A stretch of 63,966 nucleotides of DNA, the filler included, from Reticulomyxa filosa (Eukaryota > Protista > Foraminifera), in the NCBI GenBank assembly GCA_000512085.1. It is 18 parts of 18 records of this genome, joined end to end, with 100 filler letters (N's around TTAATTAATTAA, not from the genome) between each part and the next. Parts side by side here need not be neighbours in the genome. Positions count along the whole stretch, not along the records: positions 62,673 to 63,966 come from ASPP01032874.1; 17 more parts are not named here. One strand, given 5' to 3'. The notes beneath the pieces are model-generated. The model was given only the letters and a program-made list of their open reading frames with translations. It was not told the DNA's origin and searched no databases. How positions within the stretch are numbered: the stretch's first letter is position 1; the number at the start of each line of letters is the position of its first letter. Shown here piece after piece: positions 63,241 through 63,966 of this stretch. The position numbers were made by a program, and so were the translations under genes.

Positions 63241-63966
63241 TAAAGAAAAGTTATATAAAGGCGAAAAAACTAACAACAAACAATAACTTTGTGAAAACTT
63301 TGAAAAAATATTATTAAACTCTTCTTTCCGCTCATTGTGATATCGATTTGATCCAAATATGCTCAAATCGACATCATGTTTATGTCTTTCATCAGGTTGA
63401 ATTTCTAAATGTTTACTATTTTCATCATCAATTGGCTCTTGTATTTGTAAACAATTAAAATCAATTGGTATATCTTAAATGTAATTTTTCATTTGTTCAT
63501 TTAGATTTTTCATTAATACAACATCATTATTTGAATATTTTTTCATTATCGATACTTTGTTGGTATCATTTCGAATAAATTTAGTAAGCCCAAATGACTC
63601 ACGAAATTTTATGCAATTTTTTGTTGAACAAGTGCAATATGTAAATTTTCTTCTTGAGCAAAATAACACCATTGCAATTTTTATATGTGAGTTAATTGTA
63701 AGTACGGAATTTACTTTTTCCCAAAATTTTTCTTTTTTTATTTTTTTGTTATCACAATCTCTACACGTATTATGATTGCCACAATTACAAGTTAAAAATC
63801 TGTTTTCAGTGTGTTTACATTCGGGAATTAAGTCAACCTTTACGTTTTTATCTTTTATCATAATATATGTTGAACCATGATCTAATTCTTCCAAATATTG
63901 CAAGTTTGATTGAATTTCGCTCATAAAAACTACAAGATTTGTAGATATTTTTTTTAAAATAAAAAA
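63230..63966 (-). mobile_element. Probable DNA-transposon segment carrying a Cys-rich ORF, related to the MITE at 16752
   Basis: 63924-63966 nearly matches MITE-internal 16906-16945. ORF 63475-63924 starts at that segment and reads on in frame past a single TAA. Confidence 0.55.

Overview
AT-rich, intron-containing eukaryotic (protist) DNA. It is not one locus: 18 contigs are joined by 17 identical 100-bp artificial spacers (44 N + TTAATTAATTAA + 44 N). The expanded WD40 family with an 'HWIRxLxIxxGWIxxFD' N-terminal exon, the pseudogene load and the homopolymer-rich introns suggest a foraminiferan such as Reticulomyxa filosa (inference). Recognisable genes: a USP9X/USP24-like deubiquitinase, an SLC35F transporter, FAN/NSMAF (BEACH-WD40), a GNAT, a tail-anchored acyl-CoA-binding protein, a Dsc3-like ubiquitin-domain protein, an ADP-ribosylglycohydrolase, an SHPRH-like SNF2, an RBR E3, CDC50, a cupin, Exo84, Fcf2, SPTLC1, an SLC37 MFS transporter, a GPI-type thaumatin-like protein, histone H3, a formin, an OTU deubiquitinase and five WD40 loci. 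Most interesting: (1) a decayed ZnF-APE-RT retroelement preceded by a ~135-bp palindrome, with a second diverged copy 6 kb away; (2) a TA-flanked Tc1/mariner-type MITE whose internal sequence recurs directly upstream of an unknown Cys-rich ORF at the window end; (3) many introns with a T-tract followed by an A-tract directly before the 3' AG; (4) Tudor/MBT-like modules in two unrelated deubiquitinases; (5) recurrent single-base frameshifts in otherwise intact genes. All family calls come from motif recognition by eye; no searches were run.
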